Both the position numbers and the translations under genes were made by a program. The notes under the pieces are model-generated. The model was not told the origin of the DNA. It did not search any database and saw nothing but the letters and a program-made list of their open reading frames with translations. Shown piece after piece: positions 13,501 through 27,500 of a stretch of 64,000 nt of DNA. The first letter of the stretch is position 1. Each line of letters starts with the position of its first letter. Source of the stretch: Octopus vulgaris (taxonomy: Eukaryota); contig OX597814.1 of assembly GCA_951406725.2 (NCBI GenBank), positions 216,008,001-216,072,000 on the forward strand. Reading direction: 5' to 3'.

Positions 13501-16500
13501 TATTTTTTTGATGTATTCTTTTTTTTGCACAGAGGAGAAGAGTAATATGTAATTAATTTAATTATAATTAAATTGATTTCTAATTTTTCTACCATGTTAT
13601 TTTCATGTTAATATTCGAAACGATTGTATGCATGGATTAAATTCTTTTCAAACTCTTAACATCTTCTTTTCTCCATCTTTAACAGTTTGTTCAGTTTCTG
13701 AAGGATATTTGTTCTATAAATTCTCATAACACACCTTATACTTTTAATATATGATATATACATTATAAAAATATGTTAGTGTTATTTAATTTCTGAATGG
13801 TTTTACTGCTGTTTGTTAATGTAGTTTGATTTGTTTATCCATCAGTTTCTATTAAGATAAAGGTGCAAGTAAAATTAATGATAGAGAAATGAAAATAAAA
13901 CTTTGGAAACAACCTAAAGGGAGATAATTGAGAAAGACTTGAAAGTCAACATAAGATCATAATCATGTAAAGTAAAGATAACAAATAATCCAGACTCCTT
14001 GTCCGGTATCGGATAGATCCCAAAATTTAATCCATTCATGCTAGCGGTTCTTGAGATATCTTGTCCATAGACAAACAAACAAACAAGACTGAAAACAATA
14101 CCTCCGCCTTCACTAAGGTGGAAGTAATACTAATAATAATAAGAGGACTGATAATAATAAGGGAACTAATATTGGTAAAAGACTGCATGGAGCTAGAGTC
14201 AATATAGACTCCTATGTAGGTAATAGTGAAGCCAGTTCATTAAGAGATGTTAAAGTCACAGCAATACATAGGGAAACCCCAAAAAGAAAGTAAGTGAAAA
14301 AACCAGAAAAAGAACAAAAGTTATCTGATTGGCAGGAGAAGGCTTTGCATGGTAGATTCTCAAAAATATTTGCAGCAAATAATAGTCATAAAATATGGTT
14401 GTGGTTGAAGAAAGGAAAGCTGAATGGGAAACAGAAAGCTAGGTAGTAGCAGCACAAGATCAAGTGCTAATGACTAATTGGATAAAAGCCAAGATAGACA
14501 AAAACCAAGTAGATTCCCAATGTGAGTTATGCAAATGAAAAAGGGAAAGTGTTATTATAGAAAGTGAATGTAGCATGCTGGCACAGAAAGAATACAAGAA
14601 AAGATAACCTAGAGAGAGCAATCCACTGGAAGGTCTGTAGAAAGCCAGGATTTGACCATACTGATAAATGATATTAGCATGAACCTAGTAAATTATTAGA
14701 AAGTAAGAAATATAAGATGTTGTGGGACTTTAACATTCAGACTGACAGAATAATAGAAGCTAGAAGGCCTGATTTGGTGGTGGTGGTGGTGGTAGTATTA
14801 GTAGTAGTAGTAGATAAAGACAATAGAAAGTGTGCCAGATAATTGACTTTACAGTCCCAAATGATGAAAAAAATCAATATGAAAGGTATACAAAAAATTG
14901 TAAAGTATCAGGACCTAGCCATTGAATTACATAGATTATGGAAAGGGTAGGTAAAATGTATCCCTGTAGTTATAGGGGCATTAGGAACTGTCCCTAAATA
15001 TTTGAGTAGGTAGAGGAAATAGGCATAAAACCTAGTTTAGTACAGCTCCAGCAAATGGTGTTATTAGGGACTGCCAGGATACTCAAGAGGGTTCTAGGCA
15101 TCTAAGGTTACTTGTTGTAGCACGATGTTAGGATTATTTTCATTTCCAATGGTGTAATCTGTTGTGTGCATATGAAAATAATAATAATAACAACAACAAT
15201 AATAATAATAATAATAATCAGCCACCTTTTATATATGGATGACCTAAAACTATTATGCTACAAATGACAAACAGCTGGAAACACTACTAAAGACAGTTCA
15301 TGGATTCACCAAAGAAATAGATATGAAATTTGGATTAGAAATATGTGCCAAACTAACCATGAAAAGAGGAGAACTAGTTAAGAGTAACAACATCACACTA
15401 GATAAAACCAATGAAATAAAAGAATTAGACCAAAGCCAAACTTACAAATACTTAGGAATCCATGAACTAGATAAGACACAATACACACAAATGAAAAAGA
15501 AAATAAAGAAAGAATACTATAGATGAGTTAGATCAATACTAAAAACAGAACTCAATGCTAAAAACAAGATAATAGGTATTAACACTTTAACCGTCCCAGT
15601 TATAAGTTACAGCTACAATATCCTTAACTGGATGCTAAATGAACTAACCAAAATAATAGGAAAACAAGAAAAATAATGACAGGATCTAGGATGCATCACC
15701 CAAAATCTGACATAGAAAGGCTATATATACAACGTATAGAAGGTGGTAGAAGCCTTATAAAGCTGGAAAACTACTATAAAATAACCACCATAGCACTGCA
15801 AAAATATCTACTTCAGAAGGAAGGAAAACTTATACAAATAGTGGCAAATCACAAGAAAAATAGAAAATTGTTCTCAGTATTTAAGGAAGCTGACAAATAC
15901 AAACAAGAAATCATACCACCTAACAAATATGAAGAAGAAAACATAATAAAAGCTATAAAACAAATGAAATCAAAACTAAAGCTAGAACAGCAACGGACCA
16001 TGATAAAACGATGGCAAGAAAAGCCCCTTCATGGCAAGTACTGGATTAAACTAAATGCAAAAGAAATAGACAAAGAAAAATCCCAGCAGTGGTTGAGAAG
16101 TTCAGAACTCAAAGCAGAGACAGAGGGATTTTAAATTGCAGCACAAGACCAAAGCCTCCTCGCCAGAAATTACCAAAAACATGTAATGAAAAGAAACATA
16201 ACAAATAACTGCAGAATATGTGGAGATGGACAAGAAACAATAAATCATATTATCTCTGGCTGCCCAGTCCTGGCTAAGAAGGAATGTATTCACAGACATG
16301 ACAGAGTTGGAACCTACATACACTGGAAGCTATGCCAACATTATGGAATAACAACAGAAAAAAGATATAGGCACACACCAGAAAAGGTCACAGAAAACGA
16401 GAAAGCAACCATACTCTGGGATATGCCAATACACACAGATAGAGAAATTAAGGCCAATAGACCAGATATAGATGTCAGAGATCATGAAGAAAAAAAGCTT

Positions 16501-19500
16501 TCTAATTGATGTATCAATACCAGCAGATGACGTGTCTCTAAAAGAAATGGAGAAACTTTCAAAATACAAAGACCTGGAAACAGAGGTAACTAGAATGTGG
16601 AATCTAAAAACAGAAACAATTCCTATCATAGTAGATGCATTAGGCATGATAAAAAAATATTCAGACAAATGCATAACTAAAACACCAAGACTTACGAACA
16701 CATATAACATACAGAAAATTGCACTACTAGGCACTGCACACATCCTACGCAGAACACTTTTAATACAGTAACCATCAGAGCATCACAACAAACCACAGCA
16801 CATACCCAAGGCACACAGAGCTGCGCTCGGTAGTGAAGTGAAAGCACGTTATAAAAATAAAACTACTGAATGATAAACGCATACCCTCCATCAGACACCT
16901 ACCATATTCTGAGCGCCTTGTTTCCCTGGGCATGGATTCACTGAAGCTCCAGCGTCTGGCGACGGACTTGGTAAACACCCTCAAAGTTATCAACCACCTC
17001 ACCAACAACAACACTGAACACCTTTTTGATCTCCATGTGTCTAACACACGTGGACATGCCTACAAAGTCAGAAAACAACACAGCTCCCATGACTTTTGGA
17101 AACATTTTTTCACGCTCAGAGTTGCTGAAGCATGGAATAAAGTGCCTGCGTCAGTTGTTGACTGCCATGACACTGCATCCTTTAAGGCCCTCATGCTTTC
17201 CGAAATCCGCCGAAACTACACCTGATTATACATACACTTTAGATGAGTTGTAGTGCACCTGAGCACTGTACACAATTATTATTATTATTATTATAATAAT
17301 TATTATTATAATAATAATAATAATAATATAAAGAGATGCTCATTGAAATTGGAAAATGTGGTATATCAATGTGATTATGAAGCCAGTGATTGTAAGAAGA
17401 TTTGGACTGATCAGAAAAGAAACTGAAAATTATGTTACGTACTGAGTAGAAAATTGTTGATGTGAGAACGATAACCACCATCACCACCATCATCATCATC
17501 ATCATCATTTAACATCTGCTTTCTATGCTGGCATGAGTTGAATGCTTTGACAGAAAACTTGGTAAGCTGGGTGAGATGGTGGGGGGAGGCACACCGGGCT
17601 CCAGTCTGATCTGGCTTGGTTCCTACAGCTGGATGCCCTTCCTAACATTAACCACTTCAAGAGTGTTGCGAGTGCTTTTTACGTGCCACTGGCATGGATG
17701 CCATTGACCTCACACCAGCATCAGCCATGACTACCGTCTCACTTGGCTTGACAAATCAGCACAAGTATGGTACATCGCCAAGGGTCTTGGTTACCTGTCA
17801 CTGCCTCCACGAGGCCAAACACTCGAACAGTACTTTTGACATGCCGTCAGGATGGGTGCCAGTCAGACAGCACTAGCATCGGCCATGACATTACTCGTTT
17901 CAACAGGTCTTCATGAGTACAGCATATCATCCAAAGATTGAAGGGTGCTTTTAATGGGCCACTTTATGCGACACAGGCATCTTGGTCGCTTGTCATTGCC
18001 TCTGTGGGGCCCAACATTCAAAGAGCGTACTTCACCACCTCATTCTATGTCTTCCTAGGTCTAACCTTCCACCACTAGATTGTAACACTTGTTCACACAT
18101 CTGTCCTCATCCATACGCATCACACGGCCATACAAGCACAGTCGTGTCTCTTGCGCACCACATCTGATGCTTCTTATATCCAACTTTTCTCTCAGGATGC
18201 TGACACTTTGTCATACATGCACACTAACATTACACATCCAGTGAAGCATACTAGCTTCATTTCTTTCAAGCCTATGCAAGTCCTCAGCACTCACAGTCCA
18301 TGTTTCACTGCCGTGTACTATAGCTGTTTGTATACAGGCATCATACAGTCTGCCTTTCACTCTGAGTGAGAGGACCTTTGTTACCAGTAAAGGAAGGAGC
18401 ACTCTGAACTTTGCCCAGCCTATTCGTATTCTAGCAGCTATCGTCTCAGAGCATCCAGCTCTGCAACTGACTTGATCACCTAGGCAATGGAAGCTATTGA
18501 CTACTTCCAGTTTTCTCCACTGGCATGTGATGGAATCTATTTCCTGTTCATGTTTAGTGCTTACACTGCCAGATATTTTAAGTATCTCAAGAATTATTCC
18601 TGATGGGCAGGGGGCTTTCCCTGTCTTCAGATCCTTAATTGCTTTATCTACCAAGGTACTGTCAATTTGGATAGCTGATCCTTCAGTCTGGTCGACATTT
18701 GGCAGACTCTCTTTCTCCCATTCATTCTCTTCTTTTAGCAACCTTTCATAGTGGTATCTTTTTCTTTGCAGAATCATTAAAAGCATGTGCACCATCACCC
18801 ATGCAGACACATTTCTCTCCTATGACATCATGATTCTCTCTCACACACTATCTTGCAATTCAAAACACTTCAAGTCTCTGATCCTCCAAATGCAGAATGT
18901 TTGTAAATCTATTCTTTTCTACTTCCCCTCTGGCTATGTAAACTTGTCTCCAAGCTTCCCTTCTGGCAATCTGATACAATTCCCTGCTACCACTACAATT
19001 CCAATCCTTCCAGACCTGTAAATTACATTGTTCCATTACTATGTTACCTTAGGTCAACTTGGGACTTTGTACCAACCACAGATCTGGTCAGTAACCCTCA
19101 ACAGGTTATCCTGTAGGAACCTCCAGTTGTCTTCCACGTTATGTGATGCTATAATCTCCTCTATTTCATCTGTCTACTTACAGAATCCTTAAGCTCCAGA
19201 CCATTCCTTGCCATCTTCTGGGCAGCCATTTAGCCCTGATCCTGAACACACTAACCACTAACCTATTTTGTGGGGTGATTTTCTTCACCTGGGAAAATTT
19301 TGGCATTTATGAGCAGCCATCTTTCCTGTTTCCTAGAGAGAATGTTGTCAATCTGACTAGTGTGCCCACCAGTCTGATAGGTGAACAGGGGACTGGCAGG
19401 TTTCCTGAAGTTTGAATTACAAATTTTGCTTTCTACAAAAATTCATTTGATTTTGTAAATGAACAAGCTGGTGTCATCATCATCATCATCATCATCATCA

Positions 19501-22500
19501 TTGTCATTTAACATCTGCTTTCCATGATGGCATGGGTTGGATGGTTTGAATGAGGACTGGTGAGCTAGAGGCTGCACCAGGCTCAATCTGGTCTGGCAAA
19601 GTTTCTATAGCTGGATGCCCTTCCTAATGCCAACCACTCCGAGAGTATAGTTGGTGGTTTTTTATGTGCCACCGGCACGAAGGTCAGTTAGGTGGTTCTG
19701 GCAACGACCATGCTCATGCTCAAAAGGTGTTTTTATGTGCTACCTGCATGGGAACCAGTCCAGCAGCACTGAGAATGGCCACGCTCAAATGTTGGTTTTC
19801 ATGTGCTACCAGCACATGTGCCGTTAAGGCGATACTGGCAATGATCATGCTTGAATGGTGCTTTTTACTGGCATGGGAGCCAATCCGTGGCCCTGGCAAC
19901 GATCACGCTCAGATGTGCTTTCAATGTTCCACTGGCACCAGTGCCAATCAGTCGGTACTGTCCTCAACCACGTCAGTGATTTTGATTTGTTTTCATTTAC
20001 CTCAATAGGTCTTCACAAGCAAAGTTCATTGTCCAAGGAATGAGGGGTACTCATGAGTGGCCCAGTTACATCCCACATTCGGATGTGCTTTTAACATTCC
20101 ACTGGCATGAGTGCCAATTAGGTGGTACTGTCGTTGGACATGTCAGCAATTTTGATTTTGATTTCACTCACCTTTGTAGGTCTTCACAAGCAAGGTTTAT
20201 TGTCCAATGAATGAGGGGTATTCATAAATGGGCTGGTTACACCCACTGGCATAGGCCATGGGGTATGGTATGGTCTCACTTGGCTTGCCGGATCTTCTCA
20301 AGAACAGTATGTCTCCAAAGGTCACGGTCACTAGTCATTGCCTCAGTAAGGCCCAATGTTCGAAGGTTGTGCCTCACCAGCTCATCCCAGGATTTCCTGA
20401 GTCTACTTCTTCCACAGGTTCCCTCAGCTGCTAGGGTGTAACACTTTTTCACACAGCTGTCCTCATTCATTTGCAACACATGACCATACCAGCACAGTCG
20501 TCTCTCTTGCTCACCACATCTGGTGCTTCTTAAATCCATCTTTTCTCCCAGGGCGCTTACACTCTGTTGTGTATGCACACTGACATTACACATCCAGTGG
20601 AACATACTGGTTTCGTTCCTTGCAAGTTTACTCATGTCCTCTTGCTTATCTATGTACGCAGTGAGTTTTTTGCTCTAGGTGTCATGAAGACACCTAACAA
20701 GAAGTAGAAACAAACTTGAAAGAAAAACAAAAAATAATAATAAATAATAGGCAGTAACTTTCATGGCTTGTGGTCTTAACTGAATGAAGTGTTATCCTGT
20801 GCATGTTTTGTCTTGATATAAAAGATGGGCAACAGCAAATATTCTGCTCACTATCACAGATTTGCTTGTAAATTGTTTGACCTTAACCAGTTGAGCATGT
20901 CCTTTAGTGGGTGACGATATGTACATCTCTGATCACGAGCAGAAGTAGTGGGGCAGCATCATGGCCATGTGTTGAGAGGAATTCTTTGGGGTTTGAATAA
21001 TTCACTTTTGGAAACATGGGTGTTTCATTCAACACCCTTAAACAACCCTTATTCAGGGACCTTTTGAGCCGGATGGGCTACTCGATCTGAAGAAAATTCT
21101 AACTGGGCCCCACCTGCAAGTCATGTGCTGTTTATCTTGATATAAGGTCACCATGTTATGCACATACAGTTGTGATGCATGTGCCTGTTGTACTCTTATC
21201 AGATGGGCAGTCATGATGGGTATACTGGGCTTCATATATTTTACCCCAGTATCACTTTGATGGCATGCACTGCTCTTTCACTTAATAATAGTAATAATAA
21301 TAATAATACATTCATACTGAAAAACGAGATCAAGCAAGCTTTTACTCTTTTGCTCAACATGTGGTTTCTGTCCATGCTGGGAAACCAACAATCTATGGGA
21401 CCCAAAACACTGTGTTGGCATCAACTGCCCACATTCTCAGTTTTTTCCCTCCATTATGTAACTTAGGTCTCTAGTTGAAACCTGGTCGGAAATTGAAAAT
21501 AAAATGCAATTCAATCAGAAAATGATGACAATAATAAATAAACAAGCGAATAAATAAAAACTCTGTAATATTGTGGATAACTTACTCGAGATTCTGTTAA
21601 ATTTGTATCAAATGGTATTTCCTCAGTGGTCAACAGAGAAAGGTATTCTTTTTTAACAGTTTCTATAGCATTGTCAAGATTTTGGTATTTAGCAAAGAAT
21701 TTCAAGGTGACACCATCATCGTGTTGACCAGTAGAGACATTATCTTCTATTTCTTCATCTTCGTCATCTTCATCATCTGAAATAAAAGAAATATTCATTT
21801 TGTCAAAGAAAAATAACCAAGCAATCAGCAGAAGACTTCTTGTGTTGACACTTCAAGATTCAATATTAATTCTAGTGTTCTTTGCTTTTCTGTTTAGTGA
21901 AGAGGTGTCAATTCCTGAGATAATGAAGTTAACCTGAAAAAGACTATCATCTTATCTCTGTGGGGAGTGATATCAACTGCTCTTTAATTATTGCTATACA
22001 TCACCATCTAGTACATATGTACATATTTACAATATGACTATTTCAGACCACTGCTACCATCCTGGGACTCTGCATAGTGAATGATATCGAGTGTTGTTAA
22101 AATTATTTCTTCTTTGTTTGTATTCAAATTTCAAATCTCTCTAATTCATCATCATCATCATCATCATCGTTGTTGTCATCGTCATCGTTGTCATCATCGT
22201 TGTCATCATCATCATAGTTGTCATCATCATCATCGTCATCATCATCGTCATTACCATCGTCATCCTTATCATCATCATTGTCATTTAAAGTCCATTGTCC
22301 ATGCTTGTATAGATTGGATAGCTTGACCAGGGCAGATAAGCTGAGGGGCTGTACCAGAGTCCATTCTGATTTTTCTATAGCTGGCTGCCCTTCCTAACGC
22401 CAACCACTCTGGGAGTGTAATGGGTGCTTTTACATACCACTAGCATGGGTGCCATTTGCGTGACACCAGTATCTGCCATGACTATGATTTCACTCAGCAT

Positions 22501-24483
22501 GATGGGTCTTCTCAAGTATGGCATATGGTCAAGGGCCTCAGTCATTTGTCATTGCTGCATTGAGGCCCAACACTCAGAACGTGTTTTTTACATGCTGACA
22601 GTAAAGGTCATGCCCTTGTCTCCTGTCTTCTTGGGTCTACCTCTACCACAAGAGCCATGACTGCTGAAAACATGTGTAGGCTTGAAAGAGACGGGGTTAG
22701 TATGATCCGCTGGATGTATAATGTCAGTGTCCATACACAACAGAGTGTGAGCACCCTGAGAGAAAAGAAGCATCAAATGTAGTGTGCAAGAGAGGTGTCT
22801 ATGTTGGCACAGTCATGTGTTACGTATGGATGAGGACAACTGCATGAGGAAGTGCCACACCCTAACTGTGTAAGGAACCTGTAGAAGAGGTAGACCCAGG
22901 AGGGTATGAGATGAGGTGGTGAAGCATGACCTTCAAACATTGGGCCTCACAGAGGCAATGACAGGAAACCGAGACCTTTGGAGATATGCTGTGATTGAGA
23001 AGACCTGACAACTAAAGTGAGATCACAGCCATGGCCAATGCCAATGTTGCATGCCTGGCCCATTTAAGAGTACCTTTGATGTGTCGGGCGATATGATATG
23101 CTCGAGAAAGCCTGTTGAGTCAAGTAAAACCAAAATCATAGCTGTGGCCAGTGCCCCTTAACTGGCTCCCGTTCTGGTGGCATGTAAAATGCATCATTGG
23201 GTTTCAGTTGCACAAGTTCTCCTTGATTGTGTTGAGAACGATGAAAACTTTTTGAAAACAGTCATAACAAGTGATAACTCGTGAGTTTATGGCTATGACC
23301 TTGAAACAAAGGCTCTGTCTTTGCAGAAGAAGACCCCCAACCTCTCTGAGACCAAAGAAAGCATGACTTGAAGCTATGTGAAGACACTGTTGGCTGTTTC
23401 CTTTGACTACAAGGCGATTTGTTCATCATGAGTATGCTCCATCTGGTCAGACAGTAAACAAGGAGTACGACTGTGACATTTTGTAGCATTTGCCAGATGC
23501 TATTCATTGGAAAAGGCCACAGTTGGATGCATCTGGTGAGTGGTAATTGCACCATGACAATGCACTTGCCCATTCAGTGCAGTTTGTGCAACAGTTTTTG
23601 GCTAGGCACAGGATTCCCCAGGTCTGGCAGCCACGGTATTCCCCAGATCTCGCCCCTTCTGACTTTTTCCTCTTACCAAAAATCATTTGAAAGGAAGGTT
23701 TCAGGATGTCAAAGAAATCAAAATGAATGCAAGAAGGCTGTTACTGATTATCCCAGAAAACGAGTTCCAGGAATGCATCCATCACTGGAAACAGTGCTGG
23801 ATTAAGTGTGTGACTTCTGAAGGGGATTATTTTGAAGAAGATTAAATGCCAAATTGGTATGTATTGCAGTTTTGTTTTTATAGCCCCAGTCCGGATACTT
23901 ATTGATCAGAACTCGTACAATCGTATTGTATAATACCTAACATGCATTTTAGTTCAGACATGTACAAATAATTCATTATGCACTGAAATTATAAATACAC
24001 CCCAAAAGGTTGACAAGTAATTAAATATATATTCACTTCTCATGCCTTCTGAGTTTTTATGGTTTATATATATGTATATATACTGTTGTGTCTGGGTATG
24101 TGCCTTATAATCCGAAAGCGAAATCCAAAAGCGAAATATATATATATATATATGTATATATATGTATGTATGTATCCCCATGGTGGCATGTAAAAAGCAC
24201 CATCTAAACGTGGCCGATGCTAGTGCCACCTTGACTGGCTCCCATGCCGGTGACACATAAAAAGCACCATCTGATCGTGGTCAATGCCAGCTCCTCAGGC
24301 CCCTGTGGTGGTGGCATGTAAAAAGCACTTACTACACTCTCGGAGTGGTTGGTGTTAGGAAGGGCATCGAGCTGAAGAAACACTGCCAGATCAGATTGAG
24401 GCCTGGTGCTGCCTCCTGGCTTGCCAGAACCCAGTCGAACCGTCCAACCCATGCTAGCATGGAAAACGGACGTTAAACGATGA

Positions 24484-24523
<40 letters not shown>

Positions 24524-27500
24524 GATCATCCCATAAATAATGTGATTTCTTTCATTCGCATGAACCAAAACTTAGAGGGGTATGGGATAAACTACCTGCA
24601 TCAACTTGCTATCAAAGCAGGTAGTAATTTTACCTTTTACTTATTCTTAGTGCAAGTTTTGAAGAGTGCAGTTCGATTTTAACAGTTATTTTTTCAAAGC
24701 TATAATGACAGAGGCAAAGGAGCATATTCGCCATATTTTGCTTTATGAGTTCAATAAAGGCAACAACACAATGGAAAGTGCAAGAAATATTGATGCAGTG
24801 GAAAATAATGTCAGAAGTGATGCTGTTGAGAATGATGAATGGATGTCAAATGAAGTGGTTTCAAGAGAAGGATAACTGGTAGCACTAAGCAGGTATAAAA
24901 TATGTGCAGACTTTTGTTACCAACAGAAGTAGAAGGTCTCTGAACATTCTCATGCTGGTTCTTTTTCTAGCAACTATACTTTCAGTACATCCACCTCCAC
25001 TGCTAATTAATCTACCTAAAGAGCAGAAGCAATCTGCTACCTCTAGGTACACTGTATGGAATTTCTACATACACCTTTTCTATATATTGAAGCGACTACA
25101 GTCCTGTCTGTTTGCCTACTTTGGTCTTTGCTAAGTTGACTCAGAGGCCCTTTCACATTATGCAACAAACACAATAACAATTCAACATAAACAAGGAATA
25201 ATATATAAACATATATGAAACACAATAATTTAAGCAAAATATAATTTAATTCAAAGACCTGGAAAGCATTTAAGGAAAGCAACCCATGTGGAGGGAGAAA
25301 TCAACTTAGCTAAGTCGAACCAGAATATCCCAACAATATTGACTTTCTGCCACTCATTCAAACTACTATATTCAAAGGTGCAACTGGACAAATTTACTAT
25401 TATCCCAAGGATGAAATATTCCACATCCTCTACAAAATTGCACATTAGTGGTTCATGGATAGCTCATGTGATTCTTTTGCTAGTGTTCTCTTGTATGGGT
25501 GTTGCACAAAATCAGAGCAGAGTCCATCTCCTCTTCATTCAACTTGCGGATGCTTAATTTTGTCTTCTTTTGGTGCACATGATGGTTCCATCAGTTCTTC
25601 TTTTGTTTCACAAAGAACTGTGAACTTCAATTGAGTGAATCTGGGGTGTGAGGGTGGTGGTGGTGGTGGTGGTGGATTCTCCTTATATGTTTCTCTTGTC
25701 TGTACTGTGTCTCCTTGTCACATCTCTTCTGGAAACTTGGTGCATCCAAAGGCACCCACAAGTATTTCTAAGGTTGTATGTGACATGTCGTACCCCACAT
25801 CATTTGGGTAATTAGTTTTAAGTTGTCACAGTTAATTATTGGAGTCTTTACGGTTAAGCGTGACATGAGGCTCAGCCTTCCAGCAGTAGAATTATTGCTT
25901 TGTGTTCTGAATTCATCATGGGTCATGGCCTTAGAATGGACTTGATGTTTTCATGGCCCATTAGGATTTATAAATTTATACTGACCCTTCCTGAGTAAGG
26001 TTACCTTTGCACTCTCTACTAACCCTATAAAGGTGACAACAGACGAGGGATCAAGGTCACTGTTGATGCTGTCATTGCTGTCGCTTTTGTGTCCCATTTG
26101 ACAATGCAATGCATTAAGGGCCCATGAGTGAATGTTTTTTTGCCCTCTTTCTACCTGCTCTCATGTCTCACCATTGGTCTTGAAGGTCAGGCAAATGGCA
26201 GCATAAGCTTTCTTCTGGTCAATGAATAAAATGTTGTTTCATACATTGGCTAATGCCTCTTTTAGTCATTGTTTTAAGGGCATGCAGAAAGCCCTTTCCT
26301 TTTTGTAAGGTAGAGGTACACTAGCTTCTACCTTGCCCACCACTCCTGAATAAGTTTTTCTCATAAGGAAACAAAATCACTTGTGACACAATTTTTCCCA
26401 TTCTCGGACCAAAACTTGTCCGTATTTAGAAGTTGTTGTTATTCTCACTATTAGCATTTTAATTGAGACCCTTTCTGTGTCCTGACACAACCTATGCCAG
26501 ATGTTAAACGATGCTGATGATTTTTTTGATTTCTTCTCAAAAATCTTTTTTTTTAACTTTATTTGCCTATTTTTTAAATATAATTTTAGAGGTGTTGTTC
26601 TTTGGATTTGTTGTTATTGTTGAGTACAAAACATGTCAAATTCAAAATGTTTAAAAACATACGAGGGTGAATCAAAAACTAATACCATTTATTGGGCTTC
26701 ATATATTTGTACCCCAATGTCAATTTGATGGCATGTGCTCCTCTCTAACTCAATAATAATGATGATGATGATGCTGATGGTGATGAGAAAAACTCTCCCT
26801 AGTTTCTTCCTAAATGATATTTAATATAAGAAAAAAAAAACAATTTACCTGATGTTACAGCTGAGCCATCTGCTGACATTTGTTGGAAATATTCTTTAAA
26901 TTTCTGTCAAAAGTAAGCAAATAATTCATTACAACTTAATGAAAAAATAATTAATTTCTGTTAATTACAATGCAATGTTTTAATTCATTGCTTCTATCAA
27001 AAATATTGTTTTAAATTAATATTTCCATTTATTGTATCATAGAATAACTTCCTATGATGAACAGGCTTTTGAATATTCTGTAGTTTGGGGAGGAATTTTT
27101 ACTTACAGAATAAAAGGAAATGAAATTTGCTTGTTTAAGTGACTAAAAAATTATTCATGGAATTGAAACTGGTATCAAGATTCCATGTTATGCCCAAACA
27201 CCAGCTTAATAATGACAAAGCTAATTTACTTTATTCTTCGTTATTTTCAAAACTAATTAAAACAAAAGAAGAATATTTGTGTTGAAATACTTTGGCTTGA
27301 TGTAAATTTGTAATCCTGAAATAGAAGCTGGAGATTTTGAAGCAGTTGTTCAAAATTGTAGTGATCCGACAACGGCGCGCGCTCGCGCACCCTCCATTTG
27401 TATTTCGCGCGTGTTGGTGCCTTTACCAAGGCACAGAAAGGAAGGGCCCTCTCGCGCATGCGCGAACCACCGGTAGCACGACCCTATTGCCTACGTAGCA

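Noticed and set aside
19655-20200. Repeat-plus-variable-spacer pattern resembling a CRISPR array
   Set aside because: The repeats are degenerate, the 'spacers' resemble each other, the array is part of a LINE 3' UTR found many times here, the context is eukaryotic and there are no cas genes
25140-26500. Possible decayed retroelement on the minus strand
   Set aside because: No motif I could identify with confidence
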